Positions 47,555 through 59,200 of a DNA stretch of 64,000 nucleotides are shown in pieces. The number at the start of each line of letters is the position of its first letter. The stretch's first letter is position 1. Below the pieces are notes generated by a model. That model saw only the letters and a program-made list of their open reading frames with translations, had not been told where the DNA came from and did not search any database. Where the stretch lies: NCBI GenBank assembly GCA_032718475.1, contig JAUCBJ010001428.1, positions 1-64,000 of the forward strand, read 5' to 3'. Both the position numbers and the translations under genes were made by a program. Source of the DNA: Nemertoderma westbladi (taxonomy: Eukaryota > Animalia > Xenacoelomorpha).

Positions 47555-50500
47555 TTAGTCTTTCTTGCGCGGACGGCGTTTACGCAGTTTTTTAAAGCTA
47601 GCCAGAGTCTTTTTCTCTTTGGGGCGAGCCACTTTACAAGGAGGGCTATAACTCCTGGGTGAAGGGTGCAATATAATTGCATCAGAAGGTGCAGGATTGT
47701 GGTCGGTGTATCCGCCGGTTGAAGTGCCTGGTAGGTTGACATCAACTTCGGGGGACTGGGGTCTAACGGCTTTTAGAGCGCGTTTTAAGACGGCTGCTCT
47801 TACGGGTCCCTTACGCGTGGTCTGAACGAGAGCCGTGGGTGGACCATAGGCCGTTAGAAATTGCCTTGGTTTAATGGTTCTTTCCAACTCGCGTTCGCGG
47901 GCTCGATATTCGTAAGGCCGTCGATATACCTCTTGTAACTCAGGGTGTGAGTTAACGAATATTTCTCCATAATCAGGGTCGTGACGGATAAAATTAATTA
48001 AGTGATAGGAATGAATATCACTGGGATTAACCTGTCTGAGGAATTTGCGCACAAACTTAGTCGAAATGCATTCTCCGACGCGCTTCAGTAGCTCGTAACT
48101 CGGTATGCGTGCTTTCTGTTCGACAGAAGCGAATAGGTAAGGATGGAACGCATAAACTCCTTCGTAAGCGCGTCCAGGGTAATAGCGGTGGCGTGAGTTA
48201 CAATGCAAATCAGCGTTCGCTTCCCAAGCTCTAATATAACGGAGTGTAATCAATTCATCTACACTTTCTAAATCTTTATTAAATGGACAATCAAAGCTGG
48301 CGTGTCCTTTTAGTTGACAATGGTGGCATTGCGTCATAAATTGAGGACAGACTGCAAAAATGTGCGAACTATTGAGTCGACAATAGGCACAGTAAATTTC
48401 CATCGACGGTTGTTCGCGGAAATAAGAACATGGGGCGTTCGTGTCCATGGGCGTAATATGGTCTCTAGATGCGCATAACCGACAACGCTGTCGATCAACA
48501 TAGTTGGCATGACGATAATCGTACGCAGTGAGACACTGTGGACCTTGATACCATTCTAGTATATAGTCGTTGTCGCTGTTCCGAGGCGTGGTAGGTTGAA
48601 TCTCCTCGGATTCTAGACATATTGGTTCGTCTTCCCATTGCATAGCTGAGGTGGGCGTAACCGTCTCTTCCGGTGGACCTACTGTTTGCATTTCCACGAC
48701 AGAGTAACCTGTGGTGATTCTAGGTCTTTGAATAACAGAAGAATGCAGATTCGATATACAAATATCCTTAAAAATGGCAAATCCAGCACTATCTAACTTC
48801 TCAGCGGCGGAGTGTCTGAGGCTGAGTTTGGTCAACGCGCGGTCTTTAAATTGACTATCCATGTTACGAAACGGTGTTAGGAATCGTCGGAAACATTCAA
48901 AGCGGATGAATTTATTATGTTCATCTAGCTTAGCGAGTTTGGTCCCAAGTACTAATGGATGGGCGCGTATAGTACGGCTGCACACATCGGCTAGCCAACC
49001 GGAAAGTGCGGTGTTTTCAAAGATCGTGTAGATAGCTAAGGAGGGACGTAGTGGGACACTCATGAAGCTATACACGGCGCCAGGTGCGGTCAATGGTCCG
49101 TCAAAGTATAATCGTGAATAATGGTCTCCATATATTTGTTGATAGTTTATGGGATTTCCAACCTTGAAATTCCATCCGTATTCCTGAAAGGCCAGATGTC
49201 CGATGGAAGTTCGTTGAACTTTGGTAATGTCGCTAGACGTATTAGCATACATGGTGCGGAAGAAACCTCGGCCTTCTGCCCAGGGAGCAATTAACTGTGT
49301 ATCCACGAAAGGATATGGTATATCCTCCATATTCCGAAAATCGTTTTGGAGATCTCCATAAACAGCGGAACCGAGTTTAAGGATTCTTTCGTTGAACAAC
49401 ATCTCGAGGACGGGCTGTGGTAACATCGATCCATCAATACCCATGGCCGGTTTGCGTTCGGTGTCGATGACGTAACGCTGCGCAAGTGCGAATTGACCAT
49501 GTCGGAGATTCTTTTGTGTTTCGGTGAGAGTTTCAAAAGAATAATCAATCACGTCGGAACACGCTCGAGTAAACACGTGAGTAGAACCGGCTAATCCGCG
49601 TATGTGGATCATGCGCGTAGTTCCTAATTCTCCGACCGGAACGCTGCCTTCATTGTCGTAGGTGACGACTCCATACATCTCAATGATATTAAGAGTTTCA
49701 TTCCACTCTTTCGTAGCGTTCTCGAGGGTCATCCCTACTGGATGCCACAAGGTGGCGCATTGGTTAGCGTCAGGGAGATCTCTATACCTCAGGGATTGCG
49801 TGTTACACGTCTCAATATTTCCCTGTCTTTGTATTCTTTCCTCCTCGAATAATACGTCGAGATTCCAATGGACTAATCGAGTTTTAATGAATCCATCGAG
49901 GTTATAGGGAGGTGTAGCATCATTCTCAATTCTAGAGATATTATATGGTTTTCTAAATGAGTTTACCTTTACTAACTGATCCAAATGTTTCTGTAATTGC
50001 TCGAGTTCGACAATGTCTAGAGGATTTATTAGCGGTAGAAACTTTAAGTTATGCGTCGGATCTTCCGGTTTTATCAGATAATATTGAGTCAGATTAACGT
50101 AATAAGGGTGGTCTTTAATCCCATAAAACGAGTTCGTTAAAGGTCTAGCGCGTATGTTGACATCGTGTACCATACGACGGACAAGATCCGCTCGATCGTC
50201 CGGAGGTTCAACGAGTATACCGTCAACACGAGCAGCTTCGATTGGCGGACGCTGTAACATGGGGGCGTCGGCGATAAGATCACGTGATCTTATACTAATA
50301 TCAACCGGCTGGGGTTGTGCCGTCGCGAAGAGTTTGTCTCCGAAATGGGGAATCATCGAGGGGTGACGGATGGTTTTAGAGTAGAGATCCGTCATAAGGA
50401 TTTGGGCTTCGGGTTGGGCTAAAGCGGCTTCTTCCCTCTCGTCCATTTCCGTATGCTTCTTTTCGAGTTGATTCTCCTCCACTTGTTGTTGTAGACGCTC

Positions 50501-51808
50501 GTCCAAAAACTCCTGTAGGGAATACGTGCGTCCAAGCTCGATATCTTCCTCTAGATTTTGGATTTCTCGATCAAACTGTGGTAAGGCTAACTCTTTCACT
50601 GCTTGGACTTGTTGCTGTAATTTACGTTTCTCTAAGCAATCCTGTGTTCCCTTCCCGATTTTCTGTCGAATAGCGTCTAAAGCATTTCTTATAACGCTCT
50701 CCTCGACTTCCGTGGCAGGTTGTATAGGGGTTAATCCTGGCCGATTGTAAGGATTAAATGGCGATGTTAGATGCCCGCGTCCCAATCCGGCTAAATAGGA
50801 TGGTCGAATATCTAACGAACCCACTGCTGGAGCACCACCAATTAACTGCTCGGGTAACACCAAATCTTTGAACAAAGAATATAGTTCGGGAGGATCAGTG
50901 ATACTGTTAGGATCAAGAGTTTGAGGTCTCACCGGGGAATGAGGAGGCCTGACCGAGTATTCCGGAACTCTGATCATGGGTTTATTTAGTGACCGTTTGA
51001 GGCGAGCGATCGTGGGTGATACATCGAACAGGTTTCGCTCGAAACTCCCGTACGTATAACGCGTAAAACTGTGTTTAGCGCAACGTCTCCGCGGATGTTT
51101 ATGTCTTTCCGTTTGTTGGTTGGGTCTAGGGCATTCGTCACAATAATACCAAAGACGTACGTCCTGTAGGGGAAACGCGGGTGATCGTTCTCCAGTTTTA
51201 CAATATTCCTCCATTTGTTCGAAGCTATCGGGAACAACGGGTAGTGGACGATCGGCGGTGAGATACATCATAGTGAAATAGAGTCTTTTGAGCTCTACTA
51301 TAGGGTCATGATGTATACCTTGAGGATATCGAGTCTCTAGGTTCTGTTGACTGGCAATATTGAGATAGGTTTCTCTCAAAAATTCTAGGTAATCGTTGAA
51401 GTCGATACGTTTATCTGGTTCCTCAACGTTTTCTCTTTCAAGTCGGTTACGAATAGAGTTCTCGTGGTCTATTCTCGGTTTATCGTTACGACTCCGCTGG
51501 GTATGATACTTAAATAAAACCATTTCCCTTTCGGTGTCTACATCGTCAGTATCATGTAAGTCGGTAGGGTGGCCGGTAGTTAGGAAGTCCATATACGTAC
51601 CATTACGATGTGTATAGCGCGCCGTGAATTTTCTATAGTCCAATTCACGCGTGAGTTGCTCTTGAGACATCGGCGGTTCGATATAACGACCATCGTCTTC
51701 CGTAGTAGTGGGATCGGGTTCACCACTTATCAAGCTATCCACAAACGCTTGTAAAGGTAGAGTATATCGCTCCCTGATACCAAGATCATCTTCTATCAGC
51801 TCCGTCAT
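47555..51808 (-). CDS. BEL/Pao accessory ORF2: 1417 aa, DEDDy (WRN/RNase D/Mut-7-like) 3'-5' exonuclease domain plus three Cys/His zinc-knuckle-like motifs
   Basis: ExoI VVTYDNE; LPQPVLEMLFNERILKLGSAVYGDL (ExoII); FVDTQLIA; SIGHLAFQEYG; PLRPSLAIYTIFE (ExoIII-like, D to E); CRLCASRDH..C, CAYCRLNSSHIFAVC, CHHCQLKGHASFDC; basic C-terminus KKLRKRRPRKK. Confidence 0.8.
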   Translation of the reverse strand: MTELIEDDLGIRERYTLPLQAFVDSLISGEPDPTTTEDDGRYIEPPMSQEQLTRELDYRKFTARYTHRNGTYMDFLTTGHPTDLHDTDDVDTEREMVLFKYHTQRSRNDKPRIDHENSIRNRLERENVEEPDKRIDFNDYLEFLRETYLNIASQQNLETRYPQGIHHDPIVELKRLYFTMMYLTADRPLPVVPDSFEQMEEYCKTGERSPAFPLQDVRLWYYCDECPRPNQQTERHKHPRRRCAKHSFTRYTYGSFERNLFDVSPTIARLKRSLNKPMIRVPEYSVRPPHSPVRPQTLDPNSITDPPELYSLFKDLVLPEQLIGGAPAVGSLDIRPSYLAGLGRGHLTSPFNPYNRPGLTPIQPATEVEESVIRNALDAIRQKIGKGTQDCLEKRKLQQQVQAVKELALPQFDREIQNLEEDIELGRTYSLQEFLDERLQQQVEENQLEKKHTEMDEREEAALAQPEAQILMTDLYSKTIRHPSMIPHFGDKLFATAQPQPVDISIRSRDLIADAPMLQRPPIEAARVDGILVEPPDDRADLVRRMVHDVNIRARPLTNSFYGIKDHPYYVNLTQYYLIKPEDPTHNLKFLPLINPLDIVELEQLQKHLDQLVKVNSFRKPYNISRIENDATPPYNLDGFIKTRLVHWNLDVLFEEERIQRQGNIETCNTQSLRYRDLPDANQCATLWHPVGMTLENATKEWNETLNIIEMYGVVTYDNEGSVPVGELGTTRMIHIRGLAGSTHVFTRACSDVIDYSFETLTETQKNLRHGQFALAQRYVIDTERKPAMGIDGSMLPQPVLEMLFNERILKLGSAVYGDLQNDFRNMEDIPYPFVDTQLIAPWAEGRGFFRTMYANTSSDITKVQRTSIGHLAFQEYGWNFKVGNPINYQQIYGDHYSRLYFDGPLTAPGAVYSFMSVPLRPSLAIYTIFENTALSGWLADVCSRTIRAHPLVLGTKLAKLDEHNKFIRFECFRRFLTPFRNMDSQFKDRALTKLSLRHSAAEKLDSAGFAIFKDICISNLHSSVIQRPRITTGYSVVEMQTVGPPEETVTPTSAMQWEDEPICLESEEIQPTTPRNSDNDYILEWYQGPQCLTAYDYRHANYVDRQRCRLCASRDHITPMDTNAPCSYFREQPSMEIYCAYCRLNSSHIFAVCPQFMTQCHHCQLKGHASFDCPFNKDLESVDELITLRYIRAWEANADLHCNSRHRYYPGRAYEGVYAFHPYLFASVEQKARIPSYELLKRVGECISTKFVRKFLRQVNPSDIHSYHLINFIRHDPDYGEIFVNSHPELQEVYRRPYEYRARERELERTIKPRQFLTAYGPPTALVQTTRKGPVRAAVLKRALKAVRPQSPEVDVNLPGTSTGGYTDHNPAPSDAIILHPSPRSYSPPCKVARPKEKKTLASFKKLRKRRPRKKD

Positions 51809-53273
51809 ATCTGCTATTGGAGTTTATTAATGTTACAACGAGTTTATATTGTATATTTTAGGCGAGCGGGCGTCGCTGCCTAACACTCTCGGCCCCCCGG
51901 ACAGTGGGATCCTCAGCGCCGATGTACCGTTGTCGCAGTGTTTACGCCAACGTTGTAGCAACAGCACGACAACGATAACCGGCACAAGTCACTCCACTGT
52001 CCGTCCCAAAGGCTTGGATCCACTTGAGGTTCTTATATAGGAGAGTTAGGTTTACTTTACGATTGCGACTAGCTACTGTAAACACACTTTAGTAGCAACA
52101 TTCACCTACAAACGCACAAATTCCACACAAATGTCACCAATTATAAGCATACAGGCCATTTGTCCGTTAGTCAGTGCCTTCCAGAATGTCACGTTGTTAT
52201 TGCGTATCCTTGGATACTAAACAGTGCTACGTAATCTCTATACTAGGCAATGGGGCAAGCTTTCTATTGTTCCTTTAACTCGTTTCTAATTCTAGCGTGG
52301 GTGTTGCCATGGTGACATTATGGAAAGCTAGCGGTAGAATTAGGGTAATTCTCATGCATACAGATCTGGGATGCTATTTAATAGTAATTCTTTAATTGTC
52401 AATATCCTCTCTATGCATGATTTTATTAATTTTATCGGCTATTGACTATATGTTGGAGATTTTCACACTCTAACACACTCAAGGGGATGAATCTCCGCTC
52501 CCATGATCTATTAATTAATGGAATTTTGGGAATGTTGTAAATTGCATAAAATGACAATTTATTAAATTCATTTAAAGATATGAATTCAAATTTATTCCCG
52601 TGAATTTTATTATTTGATGGTAAAATTGACATAATTTTATTCCAGAGCTTATCTGGGGACGTTAACCACTGATTCTAGAATTTGTCTTTCAAGTATATCG
52701 GTGGGTGCCGCGATATCTTAATCGACTAGAATTACAGATGGTCAAAGGTGTAACAGATTTATTTGCGATTTACGCTACTGTTAGAGGGACATCACGCTAC
52801 TATATGTATTATTTAATATAAGGTAGAAGAGCAATATCGCACGAAGCAATGTCAGTGTGAAGAGGCAAGTCGTTTCCAAGGTCTACCCAGAGCTTGGTTT
52901 AGCCGAGACACGAGGATCTGAACTTTGCATTCCTAATACTCTGCCTACCAATAATACTTAAATATAGTAGTGGCTTTATTGTACTTTAATAAGTACGGAC
53001 ATTTCATCTTACTGTAGTCACGTATTTATAATATGATACGGACAGTAAGGAAAGAGAAAAAATTATTTCTCGCCGTCGCACTAAATATATATTATAAGTA
53101 ATTACGTACGTAATAAACACTAATATATTGCACTAATCTACTAAATAATACTAAAATAACATTCTACTAAATAAAATTAAATAAAACGATTATAATAAAG
53201 TACATAATAATATTTACATATAAAATGTAATAAAATAGATAAATAATATAGACATACACCCACTCCAGACGTA

Positions 53274-56200
53274 CTACGTTGAGGAGCCCCTAGATGTTTG
53301 AGGGATTAGGGAGGTGGTCGTGGGAAGAGTTTCTTGCTTTCCATAGTTTCCGGAGAGTTCCCGGTCTCTTTCCAGCAAACATAAACGACCAACTGGGCGA
53401 TTGAGTTGTTGCGTCTCAAAGATTATGCCGGGTTTCTTGAAGTTACGTCGCATGACGACGAGTTCTACTGAGCGCACTAAACCATCCTCCGAGATGTGCG
53501 TCTCAATGATACGACCTGTCTGCCACCGTCTGCGTGGAAGGTCCGGATCTACAATAAGCACCATGTCTCCGGCGCTGACATTTTCCTGCTGCGCAAACCA
53601 CTTAGTTCGAAGTTGTAGCGTGGGCAGATAATGTTTCTCAAAATGGTCAGCGAAACGACGGGATAGCAACTGCATAAGCTGCCAAGTTCGACGGCAGTAT
53701 TCATCTCCGTCGGCAATCTCGGATTGTGGGAGCATGGCTACAGGTTTCTTAAGTAGGAAGTGAGCGGGGGTTAGCGCTTCCAGGGAATCGGGACTCGATG
53801 AGACTGGCATAAGCGGTCTCTCGTTAAGATAGGCAGCGATTTCCTCCATTAACGTCCGCAGAAGTTCGTCAGTGAGATATGCGCGGCACGGCACTATAAA
53901 GTGAAATGCGGTTTTGACACTTCGAATTAATCTCTCCCAACTTCCTCCCCACCAAGGGGCGTCGGCGGCGTTAAAAGTCCAGCTAGACGCTGTTATCCGT
54001 AGCTGGTCGTCCACCTGTCTTTGATTCCAGTCCTTTACGTAAGCCTGAATTTCGTTGTTGGCACCAATGAAGTTCGTTCCCTTGTCCGATCGCATGGTAT
54101 GACTAGTTCCGAAGCGAGCGATCTGTCGTCGTAAACTTAAGACGAAGCTGTTAGTAGATAGATCGTTCACCATATCAAGATGGATGGCTCTACAAGTCAT
54201 ACATACGAAGATGACACACCATCTCTTGACTATAGTCCTAGCGCGATATACTTCAATAGGGCCAAATAAATCTACACCAGTATTAGTGAAGGGTGGTTCA
54301 TAAAAGCTTACTCGTTCCCTAGGTAATTCTGCCTCTCGCTGTGTTAAAGGCCTACTGAATGCTTTCCTACAGGGTATGCAGTTCCTAAGAACTTGGTTCA
54401 GAGCTCTACGTGGTTTATAGAAATAATAGCGAGTTCGAATTTCGCTAAGAACTCGTTCTCTACCAGCATGATAAAGTTTACTGTGAACATCTACAATCAT
54501 CTTGATTTGTACTTCAAGATTCCTAATGAGTATGGGGAATTTAGTGTCAAAAGATAATGGCGCATTAGTTAGCCTTCCTCCAACACGTATTAACCCATCT
54601 ATCATTGTGCTAGAGAAGCGATCCCTTAAGCGCATCTGTGGATTTCTTAACAACAGGAAATACTTGTCGGAATCCTCGTAGCATTGCAGGAGTCGCAGTA
54701 TCTGTTTATTGGCTTCTTCATGCTCCTGGTAACTGATCTTTTCTTTTAGAAACCGATCGGGTATTTTATATTTAGGTAAATCTTTAATAGCATGAACTTG
54801 GACCGATGTTAATGGAGCAGTATCATTAGTGGTCGTCTTCGTCTTGGAATAACGATGATGAAAACATCGCTTTAAATATGCGACGGCCTTACAGAGCCGA
54901 TTCCAGGAACTGTAATGATGTATTGCTCGCTGCAGCAGGGGTGAGATTCCTTGCGAGACGTCTGGTATTCCAGATTTCCAATCTCTATCCTTAATTTCCA
55001 CAACAGACTTGTTTGTGACGAGGGATTGTGGATCCGCAGCATCATTTCCGGAAGCATGTAATACAGATAGATCGATTGTCGGTTTAAATAACTTCGATTT
55101 GCTCGCTCGGGTTTTAGGTTTGACCTTTTCCGCTCCCTTGGCTTGTCTGATCTCTGCCGTAGTAAGGTGAGGAGGCCATTCATCTTCTTCCTTGCTCAGG
55201 AAGTCGGGTCCACTCAACCAGTCTGGAGTATCTATCAGTTCCTGTGGAGTGGCTCCTCTGGAGGCGATGTCAGCTGGATTAATCGTACCAGGGCAGTGTC
55301 TCCATTGATCTATTGTTGTTCGACTAAGGATAATGGCCACTCTGTTGGTAACAAAGACGCTGAACTGACAGACTTCATTGGTTATATACTCCAATACGAG
55401 CAAAGCGTCGGTCCAATAAACCGTTTTCTCCAGTGGATAATCGATCTGTTCCGTGACATTCCGTCCGATGGCTGTAGCGTAGAGAGCCGCTTTTAACTCC
55501 ACTCGAGGAACCTTCAACTTGTTGTTAATCAATGCCTTAGAGGTGACCAAGGCGACTTTGATTCCATCCGGGGTTTCGACTCGAAGGTATGCTACTATTC
55601 CTATTCCCATATCGCTAGCGTCTCCAAACACATGGAGTTGATAGGAATATGTAGGGAGAACATGACCAAAATATGAACGGGGAATTATAAAATTCTCGAT
55701 GGCAGGTAGGGAATCTTCCCATTTCATCCATTTCTTTAACAGTTCTCCCGTAAGTGGATCGTCCCATGAGTGGTTTTCAAGCCACATTTGTTGTACTAAA
55801 CTCCGAGCAATCAATATGACTGGGCTAATAAATCCCAATGGATCGAAATAAGTGCTCAGGATACTTAGACAAATCCGTTTGGTCCGAACTGGATTCTCTC
55901 GCTGTTTTAGCTGAAAAAACAGGATATCTCTCTCCGTGTCCCACTTCAAGCCAAGCGTCTTGGTTTCTGGAAGATCATCTTTTATTAGGTCGAGGTCTTT
56001 TGTTCCTCGGTCTTCTACTGGTATCGCTTCCAGAAACTCACGGGAGTTACTGGTGAATTTCGTCAGTCGAAATCCACCTCTTTTCAAACACTCTACCGTT
56101 CCTTTCGCGACATCAATGGCTTCTTTTACCGATGGAAGGGACTTTAAATTGTCGTCCATGTATATGTCCTTTTTGATGTTGTCAATTACCTCTTTTGAGA

Positions 56201-59200
56201 AGGCGTCTCGGTTGTCATCCGCAGTGGTCCGTACCACGGAGCAAGCGTTTGAAGGACTGGATATGATCCCAAAAGCCTGGATGGTCATCCAGTACTCCAC
56301 TGGTTTCTGTTTGAGGTCGCCTTCAGGCCACCATAGAAACCTTAGACTGTCTCTATCTCTATCTAACGCCTTGACCTGTAAGAACATGCCTTCTATATCG
56401 GAAGCAAACGCGATGGAATATTGTCTTAATCTGAGAAGTATTCCCAACAAGGATTGTAGCAAGTTGGGTCCTGGTAACAACTCGGAATTGAGAGATTGAC
56501 CCATATATAGAGCGGAGCCATCGAATACAACTCGTACTTCATGTGGTTTACCGGGTTTGGGAACGTAATGATGCGTTAGATAGTACGTTCTCTCTGTTAT
56601 GGGTGTTTCTTCCGGTACTCGTTCCGCATAACCTTTGCTGATAAATTTCTTCAACTGCGTTTGGTACATTTCTTTAGCTGAAGCATTTGCTGTAAGGCGT
56701 CGATGTAATTGAGCGATTCTTTTCTCTGCCAATGGTCGGTTGTTTATAAATCTAGGTTCTCGTTTTCGAAAGGGTAGACCGATTTCATATCTCCCTTGTT
56801 CTTTTAGAAAACGTGTAGTTGTCTCCTGGATTTGCTTGGCTCTTTCCTCTTCTATTGATAGAGCCTTATCGTACGAATTGGGTTCTACCAACTCTTGTGT
56901 AAAGAATCGTACGGCGAGTTCGTCCCGGGTTCTAGCGTTGTAACGCTCTATTTCGTCATTGAGTTCATCATTGTAGTCAATGGGTCCCGACGGGCGAATC
57001 AGTTGACACAAAGTTCGCTGATCATTCCACAATTTATTTTCGGTTAGTAGGTCGATTGTGTTCTCTTCCTCGAAGAGTTGATATATGTCGTCATTATCTG
57101 AGGAGTATGGTGTTCCCTCAGTGGGTTCGTCCACTTCACTGCTCTCCTCTTCCCAATCCTTTACTTGAAGTAGCCGGTCTTGTGGCAATCTTTCTTCAAG
57201 AGTTCTGCGGGAAGGGCCAGTAAAGTACCAACCTACTCTAGTTCTTACCGCATAAGTTTGTAATGGCTGCGGTTGAGCAGGCCGTTTCTCCAATGTCTCG
57301 AGCGCCTCATGCGCGTTTTGGCCGATGAGGATTTGCACTCCAGGATAATCTGTCTGGAATCGAGGTATCTTAAGATGTTGGATGCTCTCATCCTCGTCCC
57401 AATTATAAAGGTCTGCTTGGGTAGTAGCGAAGTTCTTTATAGCCACCATTTTTACTGACCTTATACTTTGTTCTCCTAATTTATCCTGTGGGGTGGACAA
57501 CGCACCTACATAGTAATCTGCCGTTATGGTAGATTTCCAAACCTGCATAATTCCGGACATATTCAACTTAGTTCGGAATTTGGGTTGTCCAGCAAAGATA
57601 TCCTCGGCTAATTCTTTGTCGATGAATGTTCCGGTGCTTCCGGAGTCAAGGAGGGCGTTCACTATGTAACTTTTGTTAGGACCGTGAACTCTTACCTGTA
57701 CTACCGGAAATTCTCGTATTCCTACGTTGGAGGTTGGAGCTTTCCAAGATGGTTGTCTGTCAAAGGTGGTTAGGGGGAACTCCGTGTCGGTGTCCTTTTC
57801 ATATGTAAGTGCTCTATACACTGTGGTATTTATTAGATAACAGGATTCGTTGGCATCGGAGAATTCGTCCGTATAGAATCCTTCCCACTCAGAACCTTGG
57901 TCAGTGTCGTTCACATCACTGAATTGGACATGTAGTTCTGGCTCACTCACCTGACTCGGGTGGTTTCGTTCGAATTCACTGTGTAACAAGACGTGATGTT
58001 TCGCACCGCACTTTGCACACTTTATGTCAGAGTAACAGTTTCGCCGTTGGTGTCCTGGTCTGAGGCAATTATAACACAACCGCTTATCCCACACTACTTC
58101 TCGTCTGGCTACTAGGAATTTCTTAAAGAATTCAGTACACGCACTCAAACGGTGGGGCCCGTCGCACAGCACACAGTTTGGCTTGATGTTGCTCACTTTA
58201 CCTTGGGTAATGTTATGTACTTTCGCTCGTTCTTCGGGCTTTCTTACCTGAATTCGGTTGGGAGACTGAGGAGGGGTCTTGGTAGCCTTGTCTCTCCTAT
58301 CATTTGTTCGCGGCTTGTATTTACTTACATCTCTAGGGGTCTTGTTAACATAGTAAGAGTGGTCAGTGTCTTTCCCGCTGTCCTCTTCTTGAGACGCTTG
58401 GCTTTCGCCGTCGTCAGTATAACATACTGGGTTTACCCTTCTCCTAGTAACTGGTTTCTCACTTACCTTATTTTCCGATGTTTTTTCTCTGGACTGTTTT
58501 ATGAGTTGTAGTTTGACCTCACCGTCTAGGAATAACATGAGATCAGCCATGGTAGGGCTCCGTCGTTGTTGCTCCATCATATACAACACTTTCTTGTCCC
58601 AGCGAGTACATACTCCACCCTTTGGTAAAGTTGAGACTATGGCTCCAATAACCATAGAACTCTGATATTCATGAGACTTACCTAACCAATCCAATTGTCG
58701 GCAGATCTCTTGAATCTCATCGGAAAATTCTATAATCTCGTTACTAAGGAACTTTCGGGGAGCTACTAATTTTGCATACAAATACTTAGCTATGTTATCC
58801 TTATTACCATACCTGGTGTTTAATGTATCCCAAACTTGTCTTAATCCATTTGGATGTCCAATAAACTTCAACGCCATTAACTTGGGAGGTCCTTCCAAAC
58901 ATTTGATGAGGAATCTCAGTTTCTCTCCGCTAGATAGTACAGAGTTCTGTATGCTATCTTCATAATATTCATTAAACGGTAACCATTTCATTTCATCTCC
59001 ATTGAATTTGACGATTTCTCCCACTTTGACCGCTTGGCGGGCTTCTGTTCTAGCCATCTGACGCATAAAGCTTTCTTGGGCCATCGTGTTATTTAATATC
59101 GAATTATCGGTATATAAATTTCTCGGATTATTATCAGGTCTATAGGGAATATCATTACAAACAGGTTTATAATCACCCTTAATAGGGTTTGCTATAGGAG

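Noticed and set aside
47555-51808. ORF2 as an envelope gene
   Set aside because: No signal peptide or transmembrane anchor; it carries nuclease-like and zinc-knuckle motifs instead.
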